From contig NW_027117339.1 in assembly GCF_038025025.1 (NCBI RefSeq), positions 1,488,001 through 1,552,000 of the forward strand: a stretch of 64,000 nucleotides of DNA, written 5' to 3'. Below the pieces are notes generated by a model. It did not search any database. It was not told where the DNA came from and saw only the letters and a program-made list of their open reading frames with translations. Position 1 is the first letter of the stretch; each line of letters starts with the position of its first letter. Of the stretch, positions 25,437 through 37,600 are shown piece after piece. Origin of the DNA: Phyllosticta citribraziliensis (lineage: Eukaryota). Both the position numbers and the translations under genes were made by a program.

Positions 25437-27391
25437 TTACAACACGTTGCCCTTGACCTGCTTCTTCGCGACATTGTAGTCCTTCCAGACGGCAATGCAA
25501 GGGAAAGCAAGCACCAGGAACGCCGTCGCCGCAATGGCGCCGTTGCGCTGGCTCTGACCCCAAGCGTAGTTGATCGCGTCGCGGGTGTCCGAGCCCACGG
25601 GGAAGGTCTTCTGGTACGTGTATCCTTGAAGGTAGATGTTGTTCCAGTCACTCTGGGCGGAGGCAGGGAGGGCGCTTTGGAGAGCCTCGGGGAAGGTGTT
25701 GGCATAGATGGCAGCTGAGACGGCGTAGCCGACGGAACCACCGACAGACGAAGCCAGACCAATGAGCGACAGCATGAGGGGAACACCATCATGGTCAGCT
25801 GCAGCCATGACGGCCATGTCCTCGCCAATGACAAGAGTACCACCGCCGAAGGCAATGAAGATCTGGCACATGATTATATAACCAATGCCCTGCTCCGATC
25901 CCCGGAAGTGAATCATGAGACCAGCACCGAGCATCAGAAGTGGCAGACCGAAGCCGAAACAGGCCCACTTGAAGTGCTTGGTGATGCGGACGTAGATTCC
26001 GAAAACGACGCCCCAGAAGCAGGAGCCGACGTTGTAAATCTGTCCCATGTAGCCGGCCATGGAGACGTTGAGGTCGTAGACGACCATGTTGAAGTTGAGG
26101 AAGTAGAGATCCCATGAGTAGAAGGAGAAGTAGGAGATGGCAGCTAGACCGCAGGCACCTAGTACGGTACGCTGCTTGAACAGCTCCCACCGAATGAAGT
26201 GCACGCGGGTACCCCACTTCTCCCAGGCGGCGAAAACGAAGAAGAGACAGAAACCGATGACGACCGGGGCGATGAAGGAGGCGCTGTGGTACTGGGCACG
26301 GCCATACTGTTGCAGGCTGAAGGGCAGGAGGAACAGAATGAAGGCGGCCATGAGCAAAAGGGCTCCAACGACTAAAGCTTTGTTAGTGGGAGTTGACTGG
26401 AGCACGCGGTTTCAACTGACCATCGAATTCGTGAATGTAGTGGACGAGGGATTGCGTAGCAGTACGTCCGCTAGGCTCCCTCTTGTAGACACCCAGCTTG
26501 ATGGCCTTGTTCTCGTAGTACTTGAAAACAGCAGCAAGAGGGAGGAAAACGAAGGGTTGAATGATGGCGAAGGCACCGAACGACCAGCGCCAACCAGAGG
26601 TGTCGATGAAGGACTGAGCGGCAAGTGGGCCGACAAAGGCCGTGACAATGAATGGAGTGCTGGCGTAGGCGAAAGCAAAAGCACGGTTGATCAGGCCCGA
26701 AGTGTCGGCAATGAAGACATCCAAGATCAGATAGATAGCATCGTAGCCGATCCAGTACAGGACGTATCCAGCAGCGTAGCCATTGGGGCCATTGCACGCA
26801 GCCTCAATGATGATGCCGAGAACGTAGACGGCGACGAAAAACATGAGACCCTCGGCGCGGCCCCAAATGTTGATGAGCTTAGCGATGGGGAGCTTCAGGA
26901 CACCGCCGATGATGGTTCCGAGGATACTGGCGGTACTGATTTGAGGCGCAGTCTTGAATCCGGCGTATGCGTAGACGAGAACATTGGAGCTGATTGAGGA
27001 GTGGAAAGCCAACATGAAGAAGCAGACCCAGATCCTGGTAGCGAGTCAGTGATGATTTTCTGGGATGAAGAGCATTGGAGCCGCACCATGCGTAGAGGGC
27101 GTAGATGGTCTTCCTGCCCCAGACAAGGGCAGCAGCTTCAGCCTTTTGCACACCAAGGTAGGCGTCCTGAGTAACCTCGTCAGGGTGCTGTTCGACTTCC
27201 TTTTCGTTCCTGGCCTCGAGGCTTCGAGTGTCGGAGCCGCTGGTGTCGGTGCGGGGGACAGTCTCGACGTCGAGAGCCTTGGGCTCAATGGCACCGGCCT
27301 CTGGCGAAGCGGGTTGAGGTTCGTCGGGGTTGGCCAAGGCGGCGACATGGCGCGAGTCGGGACGACCTCTGATCTGGTCAATGACACCCAT
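25437..27391 (-). CDS. Siderophore-iron transporter (MFS, ARN/SIT family, MirB-like)
   Basis: [55 protein letters not shown]. Multiple TM segments; two introns (~27035-27088, ~26372-26420). Confidence 0.9.
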
Positions 27392-27456
27392 GGCTGGCAG
27401 TGGTAGACCTGGGGGTGACTTGGGGAGGGTGGTGTAGAGGGAGGGAGCCGACTCGG

Positions 27457-27989
27457 ATCAGATAGGGCGGGGCATGGGCAAAATATATTGGACTCGGTCA
27501 GGTCAGGCCGGCGTCGAGTGAAGTTGACGGAGTGAAGCAAAGAATTGGGCCGGGACCGAGCTGATCGGAAACGGAAGTGGTCCTCGTGGAGTGGTACGGA
27601 CGAGAGGGGAGCGAAAAGAGGAAAGGCCGACGTCTCGACACGGAGGATGCCAGCCACTGGGGCGATATCGGTCGGGGGAGAGGGCCAATGGAGAAGGCAC
27701 AACGGGCACGCCTGGCCGAATCTAATCTGATCTGGGCATTGATGGCCGCTGTCTCTGCTTTTTTCAACATTTCTTTTTTTTTTTTTCAAGATGATTTTTT
27801 CAGACGTCCCTCTCGCTTACGCTCTACTCTGCTCACGGGGGACCCAACGCCCGGCTCGTTCGAGCCAAACCGCCCTCATGATCGCGATGGTCGCCCAAGA
27901 AACGCCAACGCGGACAAGCTTCTCAGCCTCATCCACGTCCACGGCTCAAGCTACTCGCCAAGGACGGCTCGGCTAGTTGTCTTATCGAT
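27457..27989. promoter_or_regulatory. Candidate SreA-type iron-responsive GATA elements
   Basis: ATCAGATAG (27457-27465), TAATCTGAT = ATCAGATTA on the minus strand (27723-27731), and TTATCGAT (27982-27989). All are near-matches to ATCWGATAA and lie upstream of the siderophore transporter. Confidence 0.55.
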
Positions 27990-28544
27990 CAATCTGGCAG
28001 GCCCTGGGTCTGACAGAAGCCATGAATGGAATTCCTCTGCAGTCGATCCATCGCTGTCCAGATGTCCTGTCGTGGTGGCAACCGTGCGTGTCGTGGCGAG
28101 GGCTGGCTCAGGTCCCGACAGGACGACCGTGGCGTCCGCCGTGTGCGTGGCCACGGTCAAGTGTTGCCCAAGTCGTGCGGACGCCGCCCGGAGCCCTCGT
28201 CCGTCAACCTACCCCATCCGAGCTCACGCCCTTTTATTCGCTGGACGACGTGCCTATTCCAGCATCCAAGTCGCGTCCTGCTGACGACGGGCCATTGATC
28301 CTGGAGGTCCAGGCGCGCCGACCAAAAGCCTCAAATGCTTCCCTCCGCCGGCCACCGACTGCAACATACCACCCTCCGTCCGGCTTCTCCCGCTCAACCT
28401 CCCTCACGCGTCGACTTGGGGTCGTCCATGGGGCTGATGCTTCAACAATCCAATACTCGCGCTGGCTGCTTACGCGCGAACCAAATCCCTGGCCCGTGGA
28501 CCCATCTCCGCCGACAGGAACATTAAACGACTCCGCATGAACCC

Positions 28545-29662
28545 CTATGCCTCGAGCTTCGAGAACCCCTGCTCTGGCGGCTGCAGCCAGTTGCGCTCGT
28601 CATACTCGTTGCGTCCCTCGATCACGTGGAACGTGTATATGAAGCGGCTCTTGCCGCTCAGGTTCTTCTCGCTCTTGTGCAGCACGTTGCCGTGGATCAG
28701 GACCAATGTGCCCGCCTTGACCTCGCCCAGCGTGTACTCGACCTCGCTCTGGATGTCGGTCGTGGCCTTGGAATCCACGTCACCTCCTTCACGCAGCGCC
28801 TGAATGTCTGGGGGAAATTGTGCCCCGTCGTGGTTTTCTACGAAGCCCGTGCCACCCTCGGGCATCCTCACAAAACGCTGCTTGACCGGGCTCGTCTTAT
28901 GCGTGCCCTTGGCGAAGCTCAAGCACCCATTGTTGACCGTGCAGTCCTCGAGAGCATACCAGAAGCCCACGGCGCTCGGCGGATTTGTGTAGAGGAAAGG
29001 TGAGTCTTGATGAGGTGGCACACGGCCCCCGATCTCTGGCTGCTTGCAAATCACCATGGACTGCAGCACGCGGGGGTCGTGGAAGCCCAGCGCCTTTGCA
29101 ATGGCAGCATTTCTATCCGAGAGCGAGATGCGGCGGAACGGGGGCGAGAGCTCATGGATGTAGTGGCCAACCTTGTTGATAGCGCGCTCCTTGGGCTTGG
29201 TGAGCTCCCCAGCCTCGTCGAAGGCGTCTGCACTCAAACACATGATGTTAGCCTGACGGCAGCACCGGTACCGGCATAAAAACCCTTCACTCTGAGCAGA
29301 TACCCAATGACACGCCCGTCATTTGTCGCACGCACGCACGCACGCATAGCAGAAACGCACAAACGCTCTCACGCACCTTCCTCGAAAAAGAAGCGAATCT
29401 TGTCCCCGCTCTCCAAGAAGTATTCGTCACCAACGTGATCTTCCTTCTCGCCCGTCGAGAACTTGGTCATGGGGTGGTCTGCAATGGAAAAGTCGCGCAG
29501 CATGGCCTGCGACTCGCCCAGTAGCCCGGCCACGTCGCCGGCGCTCAGCTCGTCGGCCAGTATGAGGTATCCGTTTTGGTCAAAGAAGCGTCGCTGCTCA
29601 GACGTCAATCCGAGCGCAGGGACGCCCGCTGCTCCTTCGTGGGTCGGAGATGCCGTCGTCAT
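28545..29662 (-). CDS. Phytanoyl-CoA dioxygenase family Fe(II)/2OG enzyme (PHYHD1-like)
   Basis: FFDQNGYL, YFLESGDKIRFFFEE, INKVGH, QSMVICKQPEIGG.VPPHQD (HxD), IHGNVLHKSEKN.S.KSR, NWLQ. One intron at ~29230-29375. Confidence 0.92.
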
Positions 29663-30399
29663 GGTTTGGCAATCAATCGGCGCGCGTATGTCCGTCCGTA
29701 TAGCGGGTATTTGGTCGCGGGTCGTCGATATTATTATTACGTGCGGCGAGGATCGCTTCGTTCTGGCGGAGGCGCAGGGCAGGGCGGGCAGGCGAGCAGC
29801 GGCAGTGAAACGATTAAGGAGGCAGGGCGGCGATGCGACGGGCGAGACGAGCGGTGCGAGGGCGAATGGTGGTGAGGTTGATCTAGCTGACGGAGGACGA
29901 GCGAGGAATTCGAGATGTGATAACTAGCCCGCTGCCTGCTACCTCTGTTTGCTCTGCCCCGCAGTGACACGACGATCCGCCGGCCGTGGCCCCCCTTGCT
30001 CCCAAGCAACCGGCGCCAACCAACGAACCGCTCGTCGCTTGCTTCGGCTTTGCGAGTAATCTGCCGGGTTCTGCGGGTTTTGAAGACTCCATTGAGCTCG
30101 TGGCGCCGTGTCTTTTTCAGGCGGAACCCCCGAAACATTGCCCAGACGACGTCAGTCCACCAGAGGTCTAAATTTGGGAGTCAGCTAGAAGAATTCCAGA
30201 GCTCTGCAGCTATTATTCATCATCCCTTCTTCCTACATATAAGGTGGTAAGCCAAAGCAGAGAAGAAAGGGTCAGTTGTGGAAATCGCAAAACGAGATTC
30301 CAGTTGCGTCCATCTTGAAAACAAGGAAGTGGTCTATCTGGACTCTTGAGCTGTCCAAGAGTCTGTCTATTGTCATTTCTACAATGTGTTGCCTTCTAT

Positions 30400-32264
30400 T
30401 CACGCCTCTCCACCCTTCCTCGCCTTCCACTGCGCCCCGACAGCCCGCCGACCATCCTCCCAGATACTGCGTGGCGGCTCCGTCTCAGCCTCGTGCGCAT
30501 CGATGCGCGGACGCTCCCAGACCAGGTCGGCCTCCTCAGGAGGCACGAAGCGAGTGCGCTTGACAACCTTGAAGCCCACGTAGAAGATGATGCAGACAAA
30601 CACCATGGCGTAGTAGGTGAAAAAAGTGCCAACGTTCCACCAGCCACCCGGCAAAAAGACAGTGTAGCCATATGCAGCAAGAGTGCCAATCATGATGATC
30701 AAGCCTGCCCAGGCGACGTACGGCTGGCCCCAGCCACGGTAGGGAAGGTTGGCGCGGTCGTACCCTTGGACGCGCAGCGCGCGGTAGAAAAAGAGGTAGA
30801 TTAGGCACATGAAGATGTAATTCAGCAGCTGAGCGGCTTGCGTTACATTTGAAAGCCAACGAAGCCCAGATGAAGCGCTGCTCCCAACACTCAGGAAAGA
30901 TAGAAAGGGGAACATCATGGTGACTCCAAAGGCGTAGATGGGCACGCCGCGCCGGGTTACTTTGGCCAGGATCCGCGGTGCGTGGCCGTCCAGCGCCATC
31001 GCGTATAGTGTGCGGGTTGCCGCGTATCTGTGGTCAAATCTTGTCAGACCTATGCTAAAAAAATAAAAAAAAAGCAATTGCTCAGTGGACTGCCTACACA
31101 TAAGAATTGCCTGCGGAGAAGATGCTCGTTACCATCAAGGCGTTGGTCAAATCGGGAAGCACGTCAATGGCCATGTTCTGCATCGCAATCACGTACGGAC
31201 TGGCGCCCGCGTTGCCTGTGTCTCCGTTGCCCAACAGGCGGTTAAGTGTGGGGTCGTTGTATGGTAGCACTATGCCCACGCACAGCGCGCCCAAGATGTA
31301 AAAGCAGCCGAAGCGCCAGTACACCGTCTTAAAAGCGTCCTTGATGGTTTTCCTTGGGAATATGGCTTCGCCACTGACCATACCGATGTACTCGGGTCCA
31401 ACGATCGTGAATGAGCCTTGAAAAAAAGCTCCCAAGAACCCTTCAAATCTGCCAAGGTTCCCGTTGGTCACGTAAGTGGCGAAGGCGCCTGGGTCGCGCC
31501 AGTAGCGGAAGCCGTAGGCGTCGTGCTTTGGGTTACCGCCTACCATTGTGACGAATGTAAAGCCGAAGAGCATGAGGATGAGGACAACCTTGCCTGTTGC
31601 AAGGTAAAATTCCGTCTCGCCGTACCAGCGGACTGTGAAGACATTGATGATCCTTTGGGCGAGATTAGCAGATTGTTTTCTCGTGCGTCTCGGGAGCATT
31701 CACCCGTAGAGAACGATGCAGGCGACACAGACGGCGGCCAGCGGAATGTTGTCGCTCCAGTACTGCAAGACCAGTATTAGGGCCGATATCTCGAATGCTG
31801 TGTCCTTGGTCAGTTTACGGGAGACCTCTGAGTCCCATCTAGTCGAATATACGTATAAGAATGGCCTCATATAAGAAAAAGCAGGCCGAACTGGTGAATC
31901 CCAGGGCAGGGTCAACCCATTGGGACGCCATGCGCATCCATGATCCGCTGACGGGCATAAAGACGACCATCTCTGCCAAAGTGCTGTTGACCAGGGCAAG
32001 AGCGCAACTGTATAGTATGAAGCCGAGAAGCAGACTCGCTGGTCCGCCTTCAATGAGTCCAAAGCCAATGCTCACAAAGAGCGCCGTGCCAATGCTGCCC
32101 CCAATGGCTATCCATTGAATCTGTCGGTTGGTGAGACTGCGGTGCAGTTGGTCGACGGGTTGGGTTGTCGCATTTTCGAGCGAGTCGGATTCGGCAGCGT
32201 ACTGGGGCGCTTCTCGTAGAACGGCATCGCTAGGGCGTTTGGACTTGGCGTTATTCGTATCCAT
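30400..32264 (-). CDS. Amino-acid permease (APC superfamily, yeast amino acid transporter family)
   Basis: LHRSLTNRQIQWIAIGGSIGTALF, YGETEF, GFRYWRDPG, GASPYVIAM, SIFSAGNS, LPYRGWGQPY. Three introns. Confidence 0.92.
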
Positions 32265-33677
32265 GGCGTTGGTGGCTCATGCTGCAAGAGGGCGTCAAAG
32301 GTAGAAATGCAGCGGTGGAGTGGATGAGCGATGCGTGCTGTGCCACATTGGGCACGCAGAGGCGAGTATCAGCGGTGATAGGCCCATGGAGGATTCTTCA
32401 ACGCTCCCAACGCCCTTGGCAAGATAAGGTCGTACACGTAACGGGCGAAGACGACACGACACGGCTTGGGCTCTGTGGGCTGTGGGCTGTGGTTGGTCGA
32501 GCCCGGAGGCGACTTTTGCCGTTCCGCGTCGCGTCGTTACGTTCCTTCCCACCGCTCGATGCTCTTCGACCGCCATGTTCAGGTCGCGCAGTCAGGTCGG
32601 CTCTGACGGCCTCGCTGTGCTCGTCGTCGTCTTCGTTCTTTTGATGGCGATGCATCGGCGTACATGTATCCCGCAGTTCTGGGACCAACGTTGCAGCCCG
32701 TGCTTCCCGATCACTTCGGCCTCGGCTTTTCATCAACGCGCGCGCCGTCTGCAACCTCCCCCTGCCCAGAAATGCATCTTCGGTCGCTCCCAATCGCGCG
32801 CGAGCAGGATGCAGTTGCTTTAAGACGCTACCGCTGGCCTCTTCGACTCCTTGCCGATATCCGGCCAGTCTCAGATTTCATCTACAGCCCTCACCCTCGC
32901 CCTAGGGATGATGCGAACCATCCCCGATCGCGGTCCGAGCACCATCGTCCAACCCCCAACCGCGACCACGAGGGAATCGAAGCTCGCTGACTGCATGGCT
33001 TTCGCTTGCTGATGACTTCTGGAGATCAAGTGCGGGCCGGCCCTTGCGCCACCCTTGCTTCAGAATTCGACATGTTTTGCTGGTGGCGCCGGACAAGCCT
33101 TTGCCAACGCCGAAACAAGAGCTTGTCTTCTTGCATCTTCAGGACCCGGTGTGTCGGGACAGCAATGACGTGTGAGAGCGGAATATTTCCTTGTGTCCCG
33201 CTGCCGTGCTTGGGCCGGCGTGTACTCCTAGTCTGCATCTGGACAACATCAGTCGTTGATTTTGGCGCCCTGCACGTCCATCAAGGCCACCGCCCATGCC
33301 ACTTTCGACTGGCTTCTGGAGTTGGGTGCCGTGAGCCGTGACCGCTCGCGTTGACCGGCCGCGGCCACCGAAGTGAAGAGCGAGGAATGGCCCTCTGGTC
33401 CCTACACCAGACGTGGGAAATTCTGCGCTTAAGCAAGATTTTCAGATCCCTCCTGATACCGCCACGCCGCCTCTTCACTCGCGGTCCGATCGCTCTACCG
33501 AACCTTCACCGATGCCTTCTGGCCCATCAGAACTCGCCATGGACGGCGCCCGTACGCGCACCCCATCGCATCCCCGCGACGTCCGTGGCGACCTCAGGGA
33601 CCCTCTTATCCTCAATCTGGCTGTTTGATGTGCAACTCACGTCATGGTTCATCAAACACCCGCTCAAGCGTGGATTC

Positions 33678-33684
33678 TATATAA
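33678..33684 (+). promoter_or_regulatory. TATA box of the NRPS-like gene
   Basis: TATATAA ~145 bp upstream of ATG 33826, followed by a CT/CA-rich leader. Confidence 0.55.
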
Positions 33685-33825
33685 GCAAACATGGAATCTC
33701 TCGAACATTTGTATATCTTCCCATCATCCAGCAGCCTCTTCCACAATATCCACCATTCCTCGAGAGCTTTAATACCCACCGTAATCGATCTTACAACTCA
33801 AGTCTTGTTTCATTCTTCATAAAAC

Positions 33826-36800
33826 ATGGGATCCATCGCAGATGCCTCCAACTGGGGCTTGTCCCCATATGCCGACAAGCCTCTTCCCCGTCGTGTTGAG
33901 GACATTGCAGCAAAAGACCCTTCGCGGACATGGATGATTATTCCCCGCACATCTGATGTCAACGGCGAATACCGTTACATTACCTTCAGCGAATTCGCCA
34001 AGGCCATTGACGGAGCAGCAAGATGGGTCGAAAAGACCATTGGCATCAACAAGGAGAAGCGCGAAACCATTGCTTACATGGGGTGAGTAAGATGTCTTTG
34101 ATGCAATCGTCTTGGTTTCTAACGCTTGTCCAGAGTAAACGATGTCCGCTACGCCGTCATGATCATCGCCCTGATGAAGGCGAACAAGCGCGTAAGTCTT
34201 GAGTTATCACAAGCATTGTGACAACGCTGACTGCTGAATTAGGCTCTTCTGCTTTCCCTCAAGAACTCTGACGAGGCTCAACTCCACCTCCTCGGCCGCA
34301 CCGACTCTGTGCACTACATGTACAGCGAGGGCATCGAAAAGAACCTCGAGGTGTTTGGCAAGCACTCGACAAATTTGCACGGCCACCAGGTTCCCTCCTT
34401 CGATGAAATGATTGCCGAAGGAGAGCGAGGATCTTTCCAGACCATTGGCGACGAGGGTCTTTTCGAAAAGGTTCTCGTCCTACACACCTCTGGCTCTACC
34501 GGTCTGCCCAAGCCCATTTACGCTACCAACGGCTGGATGGCCGTTACCGATCACCACAAGTACGCCAAGGCGCCCTCGGGAAAGCAGATTGCCGCAGCCG
34601 GCTGGTTGCACAATGATGGCGAACCCATGTTCACCGCTGCTCCCTTTTTCCACACCATGGGTGTCGTGACTCTCCTGAGGACCATTTGGACCGGTCCTCT
34701 TCTCCTTCCTCCTCTCGGAAAGCCCGTCAATGGCGAGCTTGCAAACGATTCGCTGCTTCAAGGAATCGCCAAGGTCGCTCTCATTGCACCCTCCATGCTC
34801 GAGGACATGAGCGAGACTGAAAAGGGTCTCAAGGCCCTCAGCACTATTCACCAGGTCTACTTTGGCGGTGCCCCCTTGGGCAAGGAGGCCGGCGACCGCG
34901 TCCTCAAGGTCACCAAGCTCAACACCCTCATTGGCTCTACTGAAGCCTCCCTGATTCTCAACTGTGCCCCTGAAGACCCTCACGATTGGCAATACTTCGA
35001 CTGGCATCCTGTGTCTGGAACTGTCATGGAAGATGCTGGCGAGGGTCTCTATGAGCAAGTCATCAAGCCCATTGCTGACCCCAGGTTCTTGGGTGTCTTC
35101 TACACGTTCCCGGAACTCACTGAGTGGAGGACCAAGGACTTGTTTGAGCCTCATCCTACCAGGAAGGGTCTCTGGCGCTACAGGGGTCGCCGTGACGATG
35201 TGATTGTCTTCAGCAATGGCGAAAAGTTCAACCCCGTCTCTTTTGAAAAGGTTGTGGAGGATCACCCTCTGGTCAAGGGCGCCGTCGTCGTTGGCGAGGG
35301 TCGCTTCCAGCCCGGTCTGCTGGTTGAGCCTGACTGGTTGAAGCTTGGTGATGGTTACGACCTGAACGCCCTCTTGGACGAAATTTGGCCGGCTGTCGAG
35401 CTCGCCAACAAGGATGCTCCTTCCCACGGTCAAGTTTGGAAGAACAAGATTGCCTTCACCAAGAAGGACAAGGAATTTGCTCGTAGCCCCAAGGGCTCCA
35501 TTCAGCGTCGCGCCACTGTCGGTGTTTTCTCTGCTGAAATCGATGCCCTCTACTCCAGTGAGGGCTTTGACGAGGAACTCGGCAAGCTCGGCAAGGATGC
35601 GGACAAGGACACTGCCCGCGCTTTCGTCCGCAAGGCCTTTGGTCTGGTCCTTCCCGCTTTCAAGGACGAGCACTCTGATGACCAGGACATCTTCGATCTC
35701 GGCGTCGACTCGCTTCAGGTCATGGCTCTTGCCAGCGCCTTCAGCCACGCTTTGAAGTCTGACAAGGCCGACCGTGGTGCTGCCGTCGTCCCTCGCGATG
35801 TTTACGGCAACCCTACCGTCAACAAGCTTGCCATTGCCTTGATTGCCAAGCTCTCCAACTCGGAGGCCACCCAGCCTTCTCGCCCCCGCGAGGAGGTCAT
35901 GTTCGAGATGATTAACAAGTACACTGAGGATCTTCCCAAGACCGCTGCTCCTCTGCCTGCTTTGCCCGAGAAGCAGACTGTCGTCATTACTGGTTCTACC
36001 GGCTCTCTGGGCAACTACATGCTCGAGGACTGCATCAACTCCCCCAACGTTGCCAAAATATATTGTCTCAACCGCTCCGACTCTGCCGAGGCTCGCCAGG
36101 CCAAGAGCTTTGCTGAGCGTGGCATCAAGGCCGACTTCAGCAAGGTCACCTTCCTGCGCACCGACTTCAGCTGGGACCGCTTCGGTCTGGCCAGTGAGAT
36201 TTACGAGGAGCTGTTGAACTCTGTCACGACCTTTATTCACAACGCCTGGGCTGTCGACTTCAACCACGCCCTCGAGTCTTATGAGCCGACTCACATTGCC
36301 GGTACCCGCCGCGTCGTGGACTTCAGCTTGCAGTCCAAGTTCCGTGCCCACATCACCTTCATCTCGTCCATTGCCTCGGTTGGCAACTGGCCTTCCATTG
36401 GCTCTGGTCCCGTACCCGAGACCTTCATCGAGAACGACAGCGCACCGTTCCCTCAGGGCTACGGTGAGTCCAAGCACGTGGCAGGTCGCATTCTTGCTAT
36501 TTCCGCGCAACAAGCCGCTGTCCCCGTTAGCATTATGCGCTGCGGCCAGCTCGCCGGATCTCGCGAGGAGGGAGGTGTGTGGAACCGCCACGAGTGGCTC
36601 CCCAGCATCGTCCACACCAGCAAGAACATGGGCATCGTTCCCCAGAACCTTGGAAACCAGGACAATGTAGACTGGGTTCCCATGGACGCTGCGGCCCGCA
36701 CCGTTCTCGAGTCTACGACCAACCGCCTTCAGGTCCAGTCTTCCAAGACCCTCGACGTCTTCCACGTCGTCAACCCGCGCGTCGTCTCCTGGAACACGCT

Positions 36801-37089
36801 TGTCCCTGTCATCAAGGACTTTTACAAGAAGACCCAAGGCGTCGACCTCAAGGCCGTGCCTTTTGACGACTGGATGGCCGCGCTCAAGGCCACCCCGCTC
36901 ACCAAGGAGGAAGTCGAGAAGAAGCCCGGTGTCAAGCTGCTTGACTTCTACGAGGGTCTGCGCGCCCCTGGTGGTGCCCTTCCTCCCATGAACACCACGC
37001 ACACATGCGAATTCTCCGAGTGCTTGAGGACGCTGAACGCGGTTGACGGACCGCTCTTTGAGAACTGGTGCAAGCAGTGGGGTTTCTAG
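33826..37089 (+). CDS. NRPS-like A-T-R enzyme (fungal carboxylic acid reductase type)
   Basis: A domain: LHTSGSTGLPKP, FFHTMG, IGSTE, WRTKDLF, GRRDD...NGEK, RSPKG. T domain: FDLGVDSL. R domain: VVITGSTGSLG, HNAWAVDF, FISS, GYGESK. Introns ~34084-34133 and 34191-34242. Confidence 0.93.
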
Positions 37090-37600
37090 ATTGTCGATGG
37101 TTGACTTGAAGATGTGGCATTTTGCATGCGCAAGGCGTTTTTGATACCATTAGATGTGGTTTTGTTTCTGGCATTTCATCATAGCGTTCCCAGATTGTCT
37201 TTGCTTTGATCGCACAGTATTTTAGCATTTCCAAAGATTTATTCATACACTTCAAAACTGCAAGTCTACTGCCAGTAATTCATGTTTCGAGATCCGACAC
37301 TCTTTCTTGAAGTGCACACTCACAACGATGTGCTAGTGACCGACTCTCCAAGAGAACTCAAGATCTATAGATCTATTCCTCACACTGGCCTCCCAATTGC
37401 GTGGCAAATTCCTAGACCCTGAAGCCACAAACCATATCTTGACCCCGGGCATGACTAATGTCCTGCAAGGACATCACCTCTGTCCGTCCGAACGTTCCGA
37501 AAGAAGTGCCGACAGGGGTATCTCGCATCATATCACCAGACGCTTCCACGCCAACGCTCTCTCTACCTCTACATCAACCCTACTCATCCACAAAAGAAAG

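Noticed and set aside
34480..37002. 840-aa antisense ORF
   Set aside because: It is the codon-register mirror of the NRPS-like gene and is explained by avoidance of TTA/CTA/TCA codons. It has no recognisable motifs.
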